Source: Hypanus sabinus
Lineage: Eukaryota
Direction of reading: 5' to 3'
Length of the DNA stretch: 64,000 bases
Assembly: GCF_030144855.1 (NCBI RefSeq)
Contig: NC_082718.1
Span: 92,628,001 to 92,692,000 of the forward strand
The position numbers and the translations under genes are program-made. The first letter of the stretch is position 1. Each line of letters opens with the position of its first letter. A model generated the notes under the pieces. It had not been told where the DNA came from. It saw only the letters and a list, made by a program, of their open reading frames with translations, and searched no databases. Below, piece after piece: positions 49,557 to 63,842 of this stretch.

Positions 49557-50720
49557 TTTTTTTTACCAAATTACCCCTTGATCTGCTCTTCAAATTTGGC
49601 TCATGTTATTTTTCAGTTTAAACCTTTTCAAAAATGATTAATAACTGCCATTTTTAAACAGTTAATGACATCACCTAATGATAGGGTTCAATGCTCCTGG
49701 GAAGTAGAATTTCAAAATGCACCCTCAGGTAAGCAATGGAATAAAATTTATTATTTAGTTAATAATTCATCTATCTGCGCACGCCATATTTTAATTCAGT
49801 TTAAGATAGTACATAGGGCCCATATGTCCAAAGACAAATTGGTGCATATTTTTCCTAATATATGCCCTATTTGTGATAGATGTAATGCAGAAGTGGCTAC
49901 TCAAACCCATATGTTTTGGTCATGTGTAAGTTTAAATAATTTTTGTAGGGATGTGTTTGGAATATTATCTAAAGCTATAGATATGGATGTTCAACCTAAT
50001 CCACTTACAGCAATTTTTGGGATTTTCCCAGAGGAAGCAAGCAAAGTGTCTGCCTCCGCCCAACATGTGATAGCTTTTTCAACTTTACTGGCTCGGAGAG
50101 CTATTTTGCTACACTGGAAAGAATCTAACTCACCCACTGCTTGCTATTGGCTGTCCTCCATCATGTCATGTTTAAGCTTGGAGAAAATTAGAAGCCGGAC
50201 ATTTGAGACGTCTTTTGATTTTGATCAAGTCTGGCGACGCTTTATTCAATATTTTCACATGATTTAATTTATCTTTATTTATTTATTTTTCTTTATTCTC
50301 TTTGGAGATAATCCTTGTCCATGAAGGGTTGGAGATGACTGGAAGGATGTGCTTTTTTTTTCTCTCTCTTTCTTTTTTAATTTTATCCTCATTTGGACTG
50401 CCCGATCTTTCCTTTTCTATCTTTATTTTCTTTCTCTCTTTTTTGATTTAGTTTAGTTAGTGGGGGTTTTCTTTCTCTATCAATAAAATTTCCAATCTTT
50501 TGTTTACGATTGCTATGAGGAGTTGTAATTTCTCTCTGCCCATTGTATATATAGCAGCATAATACATTACCTGTTTGAGTTTGATATTATATGCTTTTTG
50601 TCTTTCAAATTGCTGTTTTTATGTCTTTTATATTATCTACTTGTTAAACTCCTCTTTCAAATTGTATTTGTATATTCTTTTATTTGAAAATCAATAAAAA
50701 AGATTGAAAAATGAAATGAA
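49557..50720 (+). mobile_element. L1-clade LINE, 3' part (unit 2)
   Basis: Copy of 17271-18433; includes ORF 49665-50267. Confidence 0.9.
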
Positions 50721-51638
50721 ATGACTGTGGTGGTGAAATCATTGGGTATAGTTAAAGTGGAGGTTGATGGGTTCTTGATTAATCAGGGTATGAAAGGTAT
50801 GGGGATGAGGCAAGAGAACGGGTTTGAGAAGAATAATAGATCAATCATGATGGAATAATGGAGCAGAATCGATGGGCTGAATGGCTCTTGAATTCATTTA
50901 AAATGTTTTTCGTGCATCGTTGTTGCAGCATAGAACTCCAACACAAGATGGCAGTGTTGAACACCGAACATCCCAAGTGAAGAATGTCTTTACAAACAAG
51001 GGCGTGTGGGATACCGGGATAGCAGGTGCTTTCCACATCCTGCCCCCAAACCCTCCCCACGCACCCACTGAACCCAATTAAAATATTTCCAGCGTTCTTT
51101 TTTCACCTTATTTCACACAGGCCTGCCTGAGCTTCAGTACGTATATGCATACGTGCACGATTGCACACATGCAGATTGTTGAATTGGGGAGGCTAGAATG
51201 TGGAAGAACGTTGTGATGCACGGTCGTGTGTGCTCAGACATATGCTTGTGTTTTAAATGCATGCATGCTCGTATGCAGAGGTATGCTAGTTATTGACAAC
51301 TATGAGTAGGGCAGCTGTGCAGCAGTGAATGATTTTAATATGCACTGAACTGCCTCACCACATTATAAACATCACGATGGAGTGTGGCCTGAGAGACTGT
51401 TGCTGCCTCTCCTCCCAGAAGCATGGGGAATCGTGTCCAGGCTGCATGAAGGAGAGCCGAACTGACATTTAACTTCCATTCTGCAGATATTTGTGGTATT
51501 ACGAAATCTACTCTAGGAATGTGCTTATCTCTCTGTACTCTGTGAGTAATATGCACAGAACTGCAATTAAATATATTTAGATGGATTTGAATAATATTTT
51601 GCTCATTTCACTGAAGGCATCTGCAGGACCAATTTACC

Positions 51639-52782
51639 AGTACCCTGAGACATCGTCCTTAATGATCAACTCTGACATCTTCCCAACACTGAGGTGAGAT
51701 GAACTGGCCTACAGTTTCCTTTTCCTTTCTCTCTCCTTTCTTGAAGAGTGGAGTGACATTGGCAATTTTCCCATCTTCTGGAACCATTCCAGAATCCAGT
51801 GATTCTTGAAAGATCATGCCTGAGATCTCCACAATCTCTTCAGAACTCTGGAGCGTACACTATCTGGTCGAGGTATCTTATCTACCTTCAGACCTTCCAG
51901 CTTTCCAAGAGTCTTCTCTCTAGTCATGGCAGCTTCTCACACTTCACGTCCCCTGTCACTGGAGCCTCCACCTTCCTGCTAGAGTCTTCCACAGTGAAAA
52001 TGGATGCCAAATGATTGCTCTGTTTCTTTGCTATTTCATAGCCTCCCATCACTACCAGTCCAGCGTGATTTTGCAATGATCCAATATCCACTCTCACCTC
52101 TCATTTACACTTCATGTATCTGAGGAAACTGTTGGTATTAAACTCTTTAATATTATTGCTTAGCTTACTTCTGTATTGCATCCTGACATTCCTAGTGACA
52201 TTCTTATTGCCTTCTGTTGTTTTTAAAAGCTCCCCAATCCTCTAACTTGCCACTAATTTTCACTCTATTATATGCCATCTCTTTGGCTTTTATGTTGGCC
52301 ATGTGTTAGCCATGGTTTGTCATCTTTCCTTTAATGTGCTTCATCCTCTCTGGGATGGATGTATACTGAGTTTTCTGAATATCTTCCAGAAATTCTAGCT
52401 ATTCCTGCACTACTGTCAGCCCTGTCAGTGTTCTTTTCCAATAATTCTGGTCAAATCCTCTCTCATGCTTCTGTAATTCCCTTTACTCCACTGTAATACT
52501 GATACATCTGACTTTAGCTTCTCCTTCTCAGATTTCAGGGTGAATTCAATCAAGTTATGATCACTTGCCCCTGAGGTTTCTTTTACCTTAAGGTCTCTAA
52601 TCAATTCTGGTTTATCGCACAACACCCAATCCAGAATATCTGGCCTTCTAGTGGGCTCAACCAGCTGCTGCTCTAGAAAGCCCTCTCATAGGCACTTTGG
52701 AAATCCCCCTCTCCAGTAATCCAGCACCAACTTGATTTTCCCAATCTACCTGCTTATTGAATTCCCCCAAGACTGTTGCAAT
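51639..52782 (-). mobile_element. CR1 internal fragment (unit 2)
   Basis: Copy of 19352-20495. Confidence 0.85.
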
Positions 52783-53303
52783 ATTGCCTTTCTGCATGTA
52801 TTGCATTGAATCTTATTCTTTCTGTGAGCAAAGTTAACAAACTTTGAATACAATTGATCAATGCTTTGAATTTTGCTGTATGCAGAACGTCAGATATGAA
52901 TATTCTAAACAAGTTTATTTGTCTGTGAAATGTTGTGTCTGTGTTACTGTTGTGCTTTGGACAATGTAGAAATCAGCCCAGGAATGGGTCTCCAGTGAGG
53001 CTGGCAATTCTGCTCATAGCCCACCAGTAATTGTACCTCAATCATCCTCAGTCTAATCAGAAAAACAACTCTTTGTAGGTATTATAATATTATCTAAAAT
53101 CATGGGAACTATTGTGCAAATGCAAATATAAATGAAGAGCAATAAATGAGGAGAACATGAAGTAACAATAAACAAGTAAGTTTATGTGTTCATAACGTGA
53201 GATCATTGGTTGTGGGGACAGCTGAAACAGAATGAGTGTTGTTTTTGTTCCAGAGCTTGATACCAGAACTGTTGTTGAACTTGAAGAAACTCAGTGCAAT
53301 TGT

Positions 53304-53721
53304 TGTTTGAACCAAACATTAGAGATGGGAGGAAATGTGATCTAAATGACATTGGCCATAGAATGATTGTTGGTTCCAGATGGGGTGGACTGAATATATC
53401 AGGAAGTGCTGATCTTTGGGACTTTCACTCACAACAGTATAGAGAATGGACCAAAAAGCAAACAAAATAAAAACATCCAGTGAGAAGCAGTTCTGTTGGT
53501 GAAAACGTTTTGTTAATGAGAGGTCAGAGGCGAATGGCCAGATGGGTTCTTGCTGACAGGTACTCCAATAACCATGTGTTACAACAGCGTGGTGCAAATG
53601 AGCATCTCTGAAAGCTGAGCCTTGAAATAGATTGGCTACAGCTGCAGGGGACTACGAACATACAGTCGGTCGCCTCTTTATTAGGTCGAGGGTTTACCTA
53701 ATAAAGGGGCCACTGAGTGTA
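53304..53721 (+). mobile_element. Tc1/mariner remnant
   Basis: Copy of 21017-21434. Confidence 0.75.
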
Positions 53722-54192
53722 CTGTAACCTGTGATCAAATCCTCAACGTGTGTGCAGCAGCTGTTTCTAGGCTATTATTCGTGAGTGGGAACGTGAATGA
53801 TGCCAACGTTCATTCTGGATCTGGCAGCTAACAGGGCACCTGAAATCGGGGCCTTACTGAGAACGTAAGGGCACACTTCCACTCGGACCATTTGGGATTG
53901 CTTTTAGTTTAACACCACATACTCTGGATGGGAAGGGAGGGAGTCAGTCTGAGTGAAGAAATGGAATGAGGAATTGCTCCTAATAAGGGTAAAGAGCTGA
54001 TGATGAAAGAAGGTGCGTACTTTATAGTGAGGCTTGCCACAGTTCCATTTGTGTGACAAAGTGCAAGTTCAGTGTGGTTTATGGCAACTAACAACTTCAA
54101 ACAAACTCATTCGACGAAGACCAGCTTGTTCAACTTCGAATGAGTTCGCTCCGCTCTGAAACATCTTGACTGCGCGGCCGCTTTTTTGTACA

Positions 54193-55200
54193 ACGGCGAA
54201 CTCGACCCCGGAATGTGCTCCTGGTGAAGATGTTAACTCGTCCTACAACCCGCCCGTAATTATCGTCACATTCATCCTCGGGATTGTTGGAAATACGGTT
54301 GCCTTGTGGATCTTTTGTGCTCATATGAAGTCCCGGAAACCGAGTATTGTGTGTTCACTGAATCTGATGATTGCGGACACTCTGTTAATGTGCTGTCTCC
54401 CCTTCCGAGCTGATTATTTTCTCCGACAGAAGGACTGGAGTTTTGGTGAAGGACTGTGTCGACTGAACATATTCATGATTTCCCTGAACCGGATTGGCAG
54501 CGTCTTTTTCCTCATGGTTATTGCGATCGATCGTTACCTTATGGTGGTTCATCCACTCCACAAGGTAAACAAGATCACTACAAGGTGTGCGGTGATGATA
54601 GCCGGCGGTCTGTGGATTGTAGAGGTGGCTATTTGTTTGCACTTGCTGATAGACAAACATGATTTCAAACAACACAACGTGAGAAACTGTGAGCCTTTCA
54701 GCATTAACAAGGCTCTGTGTCCCACAGCAGTTTGGACTGACTTTATTTTTATATTCTTTCAGTTTCTTTTGCCAGTTTCAGTAATCCTCTTCTCTACGTC
54801 CTCCATCATCTGGAGGTTACGGCAGATGGAAACTGGAATGCGGGGTAAATATAAGCGAACTGTGAAACTTGTGACAGTCGTGGCTGCAGTTTTTGTCATT
54901 TGCTTCTTGCCCACCAGTGTTGCTGTGGTCGCGGTTTTGGTCACTAAGCTAAGAAGACCCTTCGACTGCAAGTCGTATCACACAGCAGTGAATATCTTTT
55001 ACAATACGCTGTTTATAACGTATCTGAACAGTGTGGTCGATCCGATTGTTTACTATTTTTCTACTTCGCAGTTTCAACATGCTTTAGAGAAGGCTCTATT
55101 TGATCTCAATTTAAGCTCTTCCAGATCAGCCACTGAACCCGGAACATCCAGGGAGGAGCAGACTGTGGATCAGCAAACGAGCTCTGTAACAGCTTTCTGA
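54193..55200 (+). pseudogene. HCAR/OXER1-like GPCR, type C copy 2, start codon lost (ATG>ACG); probable pseudogene or non-AUG initiated
   Basis: The frame is open to TGA 55200, but the codon at 54193 is ACG. The next in-frame ATG lies after TM1. Confidence 0.7.
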
Positions 55201-55815
55201 TCGCTCCGGGTCCGCGTGAACTAGATGCCCTCAAAGCAAAGCTGATTCATGCGCCCGAAAGCAGAAAATGATCACATGGTAATATTTTTCTGGAGGGTAA
55301 GTTGATCTGAACGAACAAGTTCCGTAATACACTTCCCTTTATGTAAAGGAGAGATTGCATCTCATCTACAAAACTACGTTTATTTCAGAGCTTGTTCGTT
55401 AAGAAATTCTTCCTTTCTTTAAAGCAGTTACCCCAATTTTTTTATGCCTTGGGGCCTTACAATTATCTGAGGGGTCGGTGGACCACAGGTTGGAAATCCT
55501 GGTTTTAATGGAAGGGTTATATGTTATGTATGGGTATTTAGGATTTCCTCTTTCCATAGAAGCAACTGCTCCCTCAGATGAATTCAACCTGCGTGTCTCC
55601 ATTGTAGCTAGCTTCTACTCGTTATAGAGGGCCAATCTCAGGTTGACTGACTGCCCATCAGTATCTGCAGTAATCTATTCATCCAAGAACAACCCTACCT
55701 ATGGACTTTCAGTCAGAAGGAAAGTGATGTTAGGAGTTGCTGGGATGGTGCCAAACTGCATGCACCCAGAGGGTGGCTAATCTGTGGAATTCTTTGCCAC
55801 GGATGACTGTAGAGG

Positions 55816-58800
55816 GCGTCAGCCGAATTACGTCCTCGATCAGTTGTATTTTCTTTGCATTACTACACGACTAAAGAAGCTATTCTTCGAGGAGCCAGAG
55901 AGGAACGGAAATTACTCTTTAATTAAACACACATTCGTATAGTTGAAGATTATCTCTCCCCCCCCCCGAAATCTTTGCCGAAAGAAAGAAATATTGAGAA
56001 GTTATGAGTGAAATGTATAAATTAGATTTAAATCCCTCCCTTCGCTTTCCAGCAAAGCTGATAATTTTCCGTGAAAAATCTCAACCATTGAGAATCTACT
56101 CTCCTCACAAGGGATGAGAGTATATTAAAAAGTTTAAAGTTAAGCCTACTGAATAAAATATTAAAGATATATCATTTATTCAATAGCCAATTTTGAAGTA
56201 TCTGTTATATGAGTTGTTTATGGGGCTTTTGAGTTAAGTACATGTTATACCTTTTCACTCTCTGGTAGTCTCTCTGGTGGTAGATGTAATTCTGTTTTTT
56301 ACCTTAATTAATACATATATAACTGTTTTGTAGGGAACGTTTATGGTATTGTACTTTAGTGGTCCGTGTAGGAGCTGTTGTGTATTAATCTTTGTATTTT
56401 TTTTATTTGTTTCAATACGTATAGTTTTAGGTCTGTTATGTACATATATTCATTTATTTTTCTTTTTCGAGAGAAAGAATATACTTTGTAACAATATTTA
56501 CTCGGATTTATTCTTTCTTTTGAATATGTGTTTAAGCTACTTTAGCTGATTCTAAGGTGGCTGTGGTTGATTATGTTTTTATTAATGTTAGACACAACAT
56601 TATAGTAGTTGAATTCTGTTTGTGCCTTTTATTATAGCTATTTTCCGTGGGATTTCTGTTTTTTTTATATATGGAGCTGTAAGTTGGAGAACAGGGTCAA
56701 AGTTGATTAGTTAGCATGTGACCAGCCTATTGGCTTCTTCCTTTCTATCTATTGGGCGGGGGGAGGGGGCAGGGGTCTATTACAGTCGGTGTTTTTTTCT
56801 TGATTGGGCAGTTCTTTTGATGGATTTCTCTATCGTAAATATGTCACCCCTTCCGTTTGTACCCGCGACTTTGGTTTAATCTGTACTTAAGTAACATTTC
56901 TTTTATATAATATTAAACTCAATTTTAAACATGGATGTTAATAAAATTAATATAATATCTTGGAATTGGAACAGTGTCAATTATCCCATTAAGCTTAAAA
57001 AGATTTTTAAGAAATTAAACACACAATGCTGATACTATTTTTGCGTAAGAAAATCATATACGAAAACAGGATGGGGATAGATTTTTTCGCTTTTGGAAAG
57101 GTTCTCTTTTTCCCTCACTGTCGGATAGTAAAACAAGAGGCGTTTCTATATTTCTTAGTCTCAAAACCCTTTTTGTACACCTTAATTCTACTACTGATTT
57201 GATTGGAAGATATTTAATTGTTACTGGTTTATTATGCGAGCAAAAGGTAACTCTGGTGTGTGTATACGCACCTAATGTAGATAATTCTGATTTTTTTAAA
57301 GAGACTTTTTTCAGAGATCCCGAATCTCAATGAATATAAACTGATCATGGGTGGTGACTTTAACTGTTGCTTAAATCCTGCGATTGACAGGTCATCAACC
57401 AATCCGTCGCGTCCTAATAAAGCGGCAGCTTATATTAACTCTTTTTTATTAGAATATGGCCTTGTTGATATTTGGAGATATAAACACCCGAATGATAAAG
57501 ATTTCTCCTTTTTTTCACACGTCCATCACAAATATTCTCGAATTGATTACTTTTTTTTAGATACACGTCTGTTGTACTCCGTTGCTGAATGTGCGTATGA
57601 CAGCATTGAGCTTTCAGATCACGCGCCTTTAAAGTTAACCTTTAAGCTCCCGGATAGAGTTTTGAAAATCTCACAGTGGAGATTGAAGTCCGTTTTGTTA
57701 CGGGATCCAGCATTTGTTAATTTTATTAAGGAGCAAATTTCTATATTGTTTGGATTTAATACAACGGAAGGAATGTCAAATCTGCTTATATGGGACACCT
57801 TGAAATCTTTTTGAGGGGACAGATAATCTCATATTCAGCAGCCTTGAGAAAGAAAACGAAAGCGGAATTGTCAGTGCTTATTAATAAAATTAAACAGATA
57901 GATAAAGCGTATTCAGTTAAACCTACTGAAGACCTATATAAAGAAAGGGTCGAACTTCAATCACAGTATGATTTAGTTCTGACCGTTCCCATTGAACAGC
58001 AAATTTTTAAATCTAAAAGTTTATTTTATATACATGGGGAAAAATCTGCTAAACTTTTAGCGGGTCAGTTAAAGGCTGGGATGGTCAGAAGATAGATTTA
58101 AAAAATTCGCCGACCAGATAGAAAAGAAACTTTAGAGCCTTATGAAATTAATAAGATATTTATGGACTTTTATTCTAATGTTTATAAATCTGAATTCTCT
58201 GATAGTAATATCACTATGAATAGATTTTTGCAAAGGTTAAACATACCTCAAATTTCGATTCAAGATGCTGGTATGTTAGATGCACCTAGGGTAGAATTTT
58301 ATAAGACCTTTCACGAAACGCTTATACCACATCTTCATCAAATGTTCACTGATTCTACATCTTCTGGGAACCTTCCTAAAACGTTTTATGAAGCACTAAT
58401 TTCATTGATTCCATAAAAAGGGAAAGACCCACTGGAATGTGTACCCAATAGACATAGTTCTTTACCGAATGTAGATTTTAAAATCCTCTGTAATATTCTA
58501 GCAAACGGTCTTGAGAGTATCTTGCCTAATGTTATCTCAAACGATCAAATAGGATTTATTAAAAATAGGTACTGACATTTTAATATTCGAAGATTATTAA
58601 ATATCATTTATTCCCCTTCAACCAAAGAATCTGAATGTATTGTATCTTTGGATGCAGAGAAAGCCTTTGATAGGGTGGAGTGGCCGTATCTGTTTCAGGT
58701 TTTGAAGAAGTTCAATTTTGGCCCAGGATTTATCTCCTGGATTAAATTGATTTATCATGCCCCGGTAGCTGCGGTTCTCACTAATAACCAAAAGTATCCT

Positions 58801-61112
58801 TGCTTTTGATTATATGGAGGTACCCGTCAGGGCAGTCCCCTTAGCCCTCTATTATTTAATTTGGCTTTCGAACCACTTGCTATTGCTCTTAGGGATTCTA
58901 ATTCTGTGCAGGGTATTAGGAGAGGGGGTAAATTTCATAAAGTCTCCTTATACACGGATGATTTATTAGTTTACATTTCAAATTCTAAGAAATCTATTCC
59001 TTCTATGTTATCTATATTGATGGAATTTGGTACTTTTTCTGGATATAAACTTAATTTACATAACAGTGGAATATTTCCTATTAATAATTATTTTGATCAA
59101 ATACCTTTTAATATCGCCAAAAGCCATTTTACTTTCTTTGGTATCAAAATTACAAAAAAAGTTTAAAGACCTATATAGGTATAATTTCTTTCCTTTAGTT
59201 GAATATGCTCAACTGTCACTTTCCAAATGGTAACCTATGTCAATGTCATTGATAGGTCGAATGAATGCTATAAAAATGGTTATTCTACTGAAATTTTAAT
59301 ATATATTTCAATCATTTCCCTCTTTTGTTCCAAAAACATTGTTTGATAAAAGAGACTCTCTGATTTTGTCTTATGTTTGGAATAATAAAAGCTCTAGAGT
59401 GAATAAAATTTTATTGCAAAAATCAAAAAAAGATGGAGAGCTGGCTTTACCAAACTTTAGATTTTATTTTTGGGGAATTAATATTCGCTATATTACTTTT
59501 TGGATTTATGATATAGATGATCAAGATCACCCTTCATGGTTACAGCTGGAGGAAAATTCAGTACTGGGGTTTTCGTTAGCTTCTTTATCAGGAGCTCATC
59601 TTCCCTTTTCATTCTCCAGAATAGGTAAACAAGCTCTTAACCCTATTGTTAAACATACTTTAAAAATTTGGTTTCAATTTCGTAGATTTTTTGAATTAAA
59701 TGACTTTTTACTTTCTAGCAATATTTATTCTTATTTCTTTTTTAAACCATCAACCTTGGATAAGGCTTTTCTAACATGGAAAATTAAGGGAATAAAAACT
59801 TTTTTAGATTTGTTTTACAAGACTGTTTAATGTCTTTTTCAGAGTTAATAAATAAATATGATATCTCGAATACACATTTTTTCAGGTATTTACAGGTTAG
59901 GAATTTCTTACGTGATTTTCTACCAAATTACCCCTTGATCTGCTCTTTAAATTTGGCTCATGTTATTTTTCAGTTTAAACCTTTTCAAAAATGATTAATA
60001 ACTGCCATTTTTAAACAGTTAATGACATCACCTAATGATAGGGTTCAATGCTCTTGGGAAGTAGAACTTCAACATTCACTCTCAGATAACCAATGGAGTA
60101 AAATTTATTATTTAGTTAATAATTCATCTATCTGTGCACACCATATTTTAATTCAGTTTAAGATAGTACACAGGGCCCATATGTCCAAAGATAAATTGGT
60201 GCATATTTTTCCTAATATATGCCCTATTTGTGATAGATGTAATGCAGAAGTGGCTACTCTAACCCATATGTTTTGGTCATGAGTAAGTTTAAATAATTTT
60301 TGTAGAGATGAGTTTGGAATATTATCTGAAGTTATAGATATGGATGTTCAACCTAATCCACTTACAGCAGTTTTTGAGATTTTCCCAGAGGAAGCAAGCA
60401 AAGTGTCTGCCTCCACCCAACATGTGACAGCTTTTTCAACTTTACTGGCTCGGAGAGCTATTTTGCTACACTGGAAAGAATCTAACTCACCCACTATTTG
60501 CTATTGGCTGTCCTCCATCATGTCATGTTTAAGCTTGGAGAAAATTAGAAGACGGACATTTGATACATCTTTTGATTTTGAACAAGTCTGACGACCCTTT
60601 ATTCATTACTTTCACATGATTTACTTAATGTTTATTTATTTATTTATCCATTTATCTATCTATTTATTTATTTACTTATTTTTTCTTTATTCTCATTGGA
60701 GAATATCCTTGTCCATAAAGGTTCAGAGATGACTGGAGGGATGTGCTTTTTTCTCTCTCTCTCTTTCTTTTTAAAGTTTATCCTCATTTGGACTGCCCAA
60801 TCTTTCCTTTTCTTTATTTTTATTCTTTCTCTCTGTTTTGTTTTATTTTAGTTAGTGGGGTTTTTCTTTCTGTATCAATAAAATTTCCAATCTTTTTTTA
60901 CGATTGCTGTGAGGATTTGTAATTTCTCTCTGCCCATTGTATATATAACAGCATAATATATTACCTGTTTGAGTTTGATATTATATGCATTTGTCTTTAA
61001 TATTGCTGTTTATATGTCTTTTATATTATCTACTTGTTCAACTCCTCTTTCGATTTGTATTTGTATATTCTTTATTTGAAAATCAATAAAAAAGATTTAA
61101 AAATGAAATGAA
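55816..61112 (+). mobile_element. 5'-truncated L1-clade LINE (unit 2, monomer C), degenerate
   Basis: Homolog of 23529-28811 with LYTDD and a ~60 bp deletion near 58287. TSD at 55803 and 61113. Confidence 0.95.
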
Positions 61113-62170
61113 ATGACTGTGGCGGTGAAATCATTGGGTATATTTAAAGTGGAGGTTGATGAGTTCTTGATTAATCAGGGCATCAGAGGGGATGAGACAG
61201 GAGAACAGGATCGTGAAGAATAAAAAATCAATCATGATGGAATGATGGAGCAGAATCGATGGGCTGAATGGCCCAATTCTGCTCCTATGTCTTATGGGTA
61301 GCAATGAAGGTGCCAGAGTGTTGCAAGAGCCTCTCTGCTATACTAATGTTAAAATAATTTTGCTAACCTGGTCGGCTCCATCTAGGAATGTCAACCAACC
61401 GCGATTTACTTGCTCGAATTCTTTGGAAATGACTGTTGTGGATCACTGTTTGCAGCTAAGAACTCCAACACAAGATGGCAGTGTTGAAAAGAATGAACAC
61501 CGAACCTCCTTTGTGAAAAATGTCTTTACAAACAAGGGCGTGTGGGATACTGGGATAACAGGTGCTTTTTACATCCTGCCGCCAAACCCTCCCCACGTAC
61601 CCACAGAACCCAATTAAAATATTTCCAGCGTTCTTTTTTCACCTTATTTCACACAGGCCTGCCTGAGCTTCAGTACGTATATGCATACGTGCACGATTGC
61701 ACACATGCAGATAGTTGAATTGGGGAGGCTGGAATGTGGAAGAACGTTTTGATGCACGGTCGTGTGTGCTCAGATATATGTTTGTGATTTAACTGCATAC
61801 TTGCTCGTATGCAGAGGTACGCTAGTTATGGAGAACTATGAGTAGGGCAGCTGTGCAGCAGTGAATGATTTTAATATGCACTGAATTGCCTCACCACATT
61901 ATAAACATCACGATGGAGTGTGGCCTGAGAGACTGTTGCTGCCTCTCCTCCCAGAAGTATGGGAAATCGTGGCCAGGCTGCATGAAGGAGAGCCGAACTG
62001 ACTTTTAACTTCCATTCTGCAGATATTTGTGGTAACACAAAACCTACTCTAGGAATGTGCTTATCTCTCTGTACTCTGTGAGTAATATGCACAGAACTGC
62101 AATTAAATATATTTAAATGGATTTGAATAATATTTTGCTCATTTCACTGAGGGCATCTGCAGGACCAATT

Positions 62171-63315
62171 TACCAGTACCCTGAGACCTCATCCTTAATG
62201 ATCAACTCTGACATCTTCCCAACACTGAGGTGAGATGAACTGGCCCATAGTTTCCTTTTCCTTTCTCTCTCCTTTCTTGAAGAGTGGAGTGACATTGGCA
62301 ATTTTCACATCTTCTGGAACCATTCCAGAATCCAGTGATTCTTGAAAGATCATGCCTGAGATCTCCACAATCTCTTCAGAACTCTGGAGCGTACACTATC
62401 TGGTCAAGGTAACTTATCTACCTTCAGACCTTCCAGCTTTCCAAGAGTCTTCTCTCTAGTCATGGCAGCTTCTCACACTTCACGACCCCTGTCACTGGAG
62501 CCTCCACCTTCCTGCTAGTGTCTTCCACAGTGAAAATGGATGCCAAATGATTGGTCTGTTTCTTTGCTATTTCATAGCCTCCCATCACTACCAGTCCAGC
62601 GTGATTTTGCAATGGTCCAATATCCACTCTCACTTCTGTTTTACATTTTATGTATCTGAGGAAACTGTTGGTATTAAACTCTTTAATATTATTGCTTAGC
62701 TTACTTCTGTATTGCATCCTGACCTTCCTAGTGACATTCTTATTGCCTTCTGTTGTTTTTAAAAGCTCCCCAATCCTCTAACTTGCCACTAATTTTCACT
62801 CTATTATATGCCATCTCTTTGGCTTTTATGTTGGCTGTGTCTTGATAGCCATGGTTTGTCATCTTTCCTTTAAAGTGCTTCATCCTCTCTGGGATGTATA
62901 TATCCTCAGTTTTCTGAATGGCTTCAAGAAATTCCAGCCATTGCTGCTCTACTGTCAGCCCTGTCAGTGTTCGTTTCCAATAATTCTGGTCAAATCCTCT
63001 GTCATGCTTCTGTAATTCCCTTTACTCCACTGTAATACTGATACATCTGACTTTAGCTCTCCTCAGATTTCAGGGTGAATTCAATCAAATTATTATCACT
63101 TGTCCCTGAGTTTTCTTTTACCTTAAGGTCTCTAATCAATTCTGGTTTATCGCACAACACCTAATCCAGAATAGCTGGCCTTGTACTGGGCTCAACCAGC
63201 AGCTGCTCCAGAAAGTCCTCTCATAAGCACTCTGGAAATCCCCCTCTCCAGTAATCCAGCGCCAACTTGATTTTCCCAATCTACCTGCTTATTGAATTCC
63301 CCCAAGACTGTTGCA
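62171..63315 (-). mobile_element. CR1 internal fragment (unit 2)
   Basis: Homolog of 29880-31035; includes ORF 62460-62717. Confidence 0.85.
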
Positions 63316-63842
63316 ATATTGTCTTTCTGCATGTATTGCATTGAATCTTATTCTTTCTGCGAGCAAAGTTAACAAACTTTGAATACAATTGATCAATGCT
63401 TTGAATTTTGCTGTATGCAGAACGTCAGATATGAATATTCTAAACAAGTTTATTTGTCTGTGAAGTGTTGTGACTGTGCTACTGTTGTGCTATGGGCAAT
63501 GGAAAAATCATCCCAGGAATGGGTCTCCAGTGAGGCTGTCAATTCTGCTCATAGCCCATCAGTAATTGTACCACAATTATCCTCAGTCTAATCAGAAAAA
63601 CAACTCTTTGTAGGTATTATAATTTCATCTAAAATCATGGGAACTATTGCGTAAATGCAAATATAAATCAATAGCAATAAATGAGATGAACATGAAGTAA
63701 CAATGAACAAGTAAGTTTATGTGTTCATAAAGTGTGATCATTGGTTGTGGGAACAGCTGAAACAGAATGAGTTTTGTTTTTGTTCCCGAGCTTGATGGTT
63801 GGGGGTAGCAACTGTTGTTGAACTTGCAGAAACTCAGTGCAA

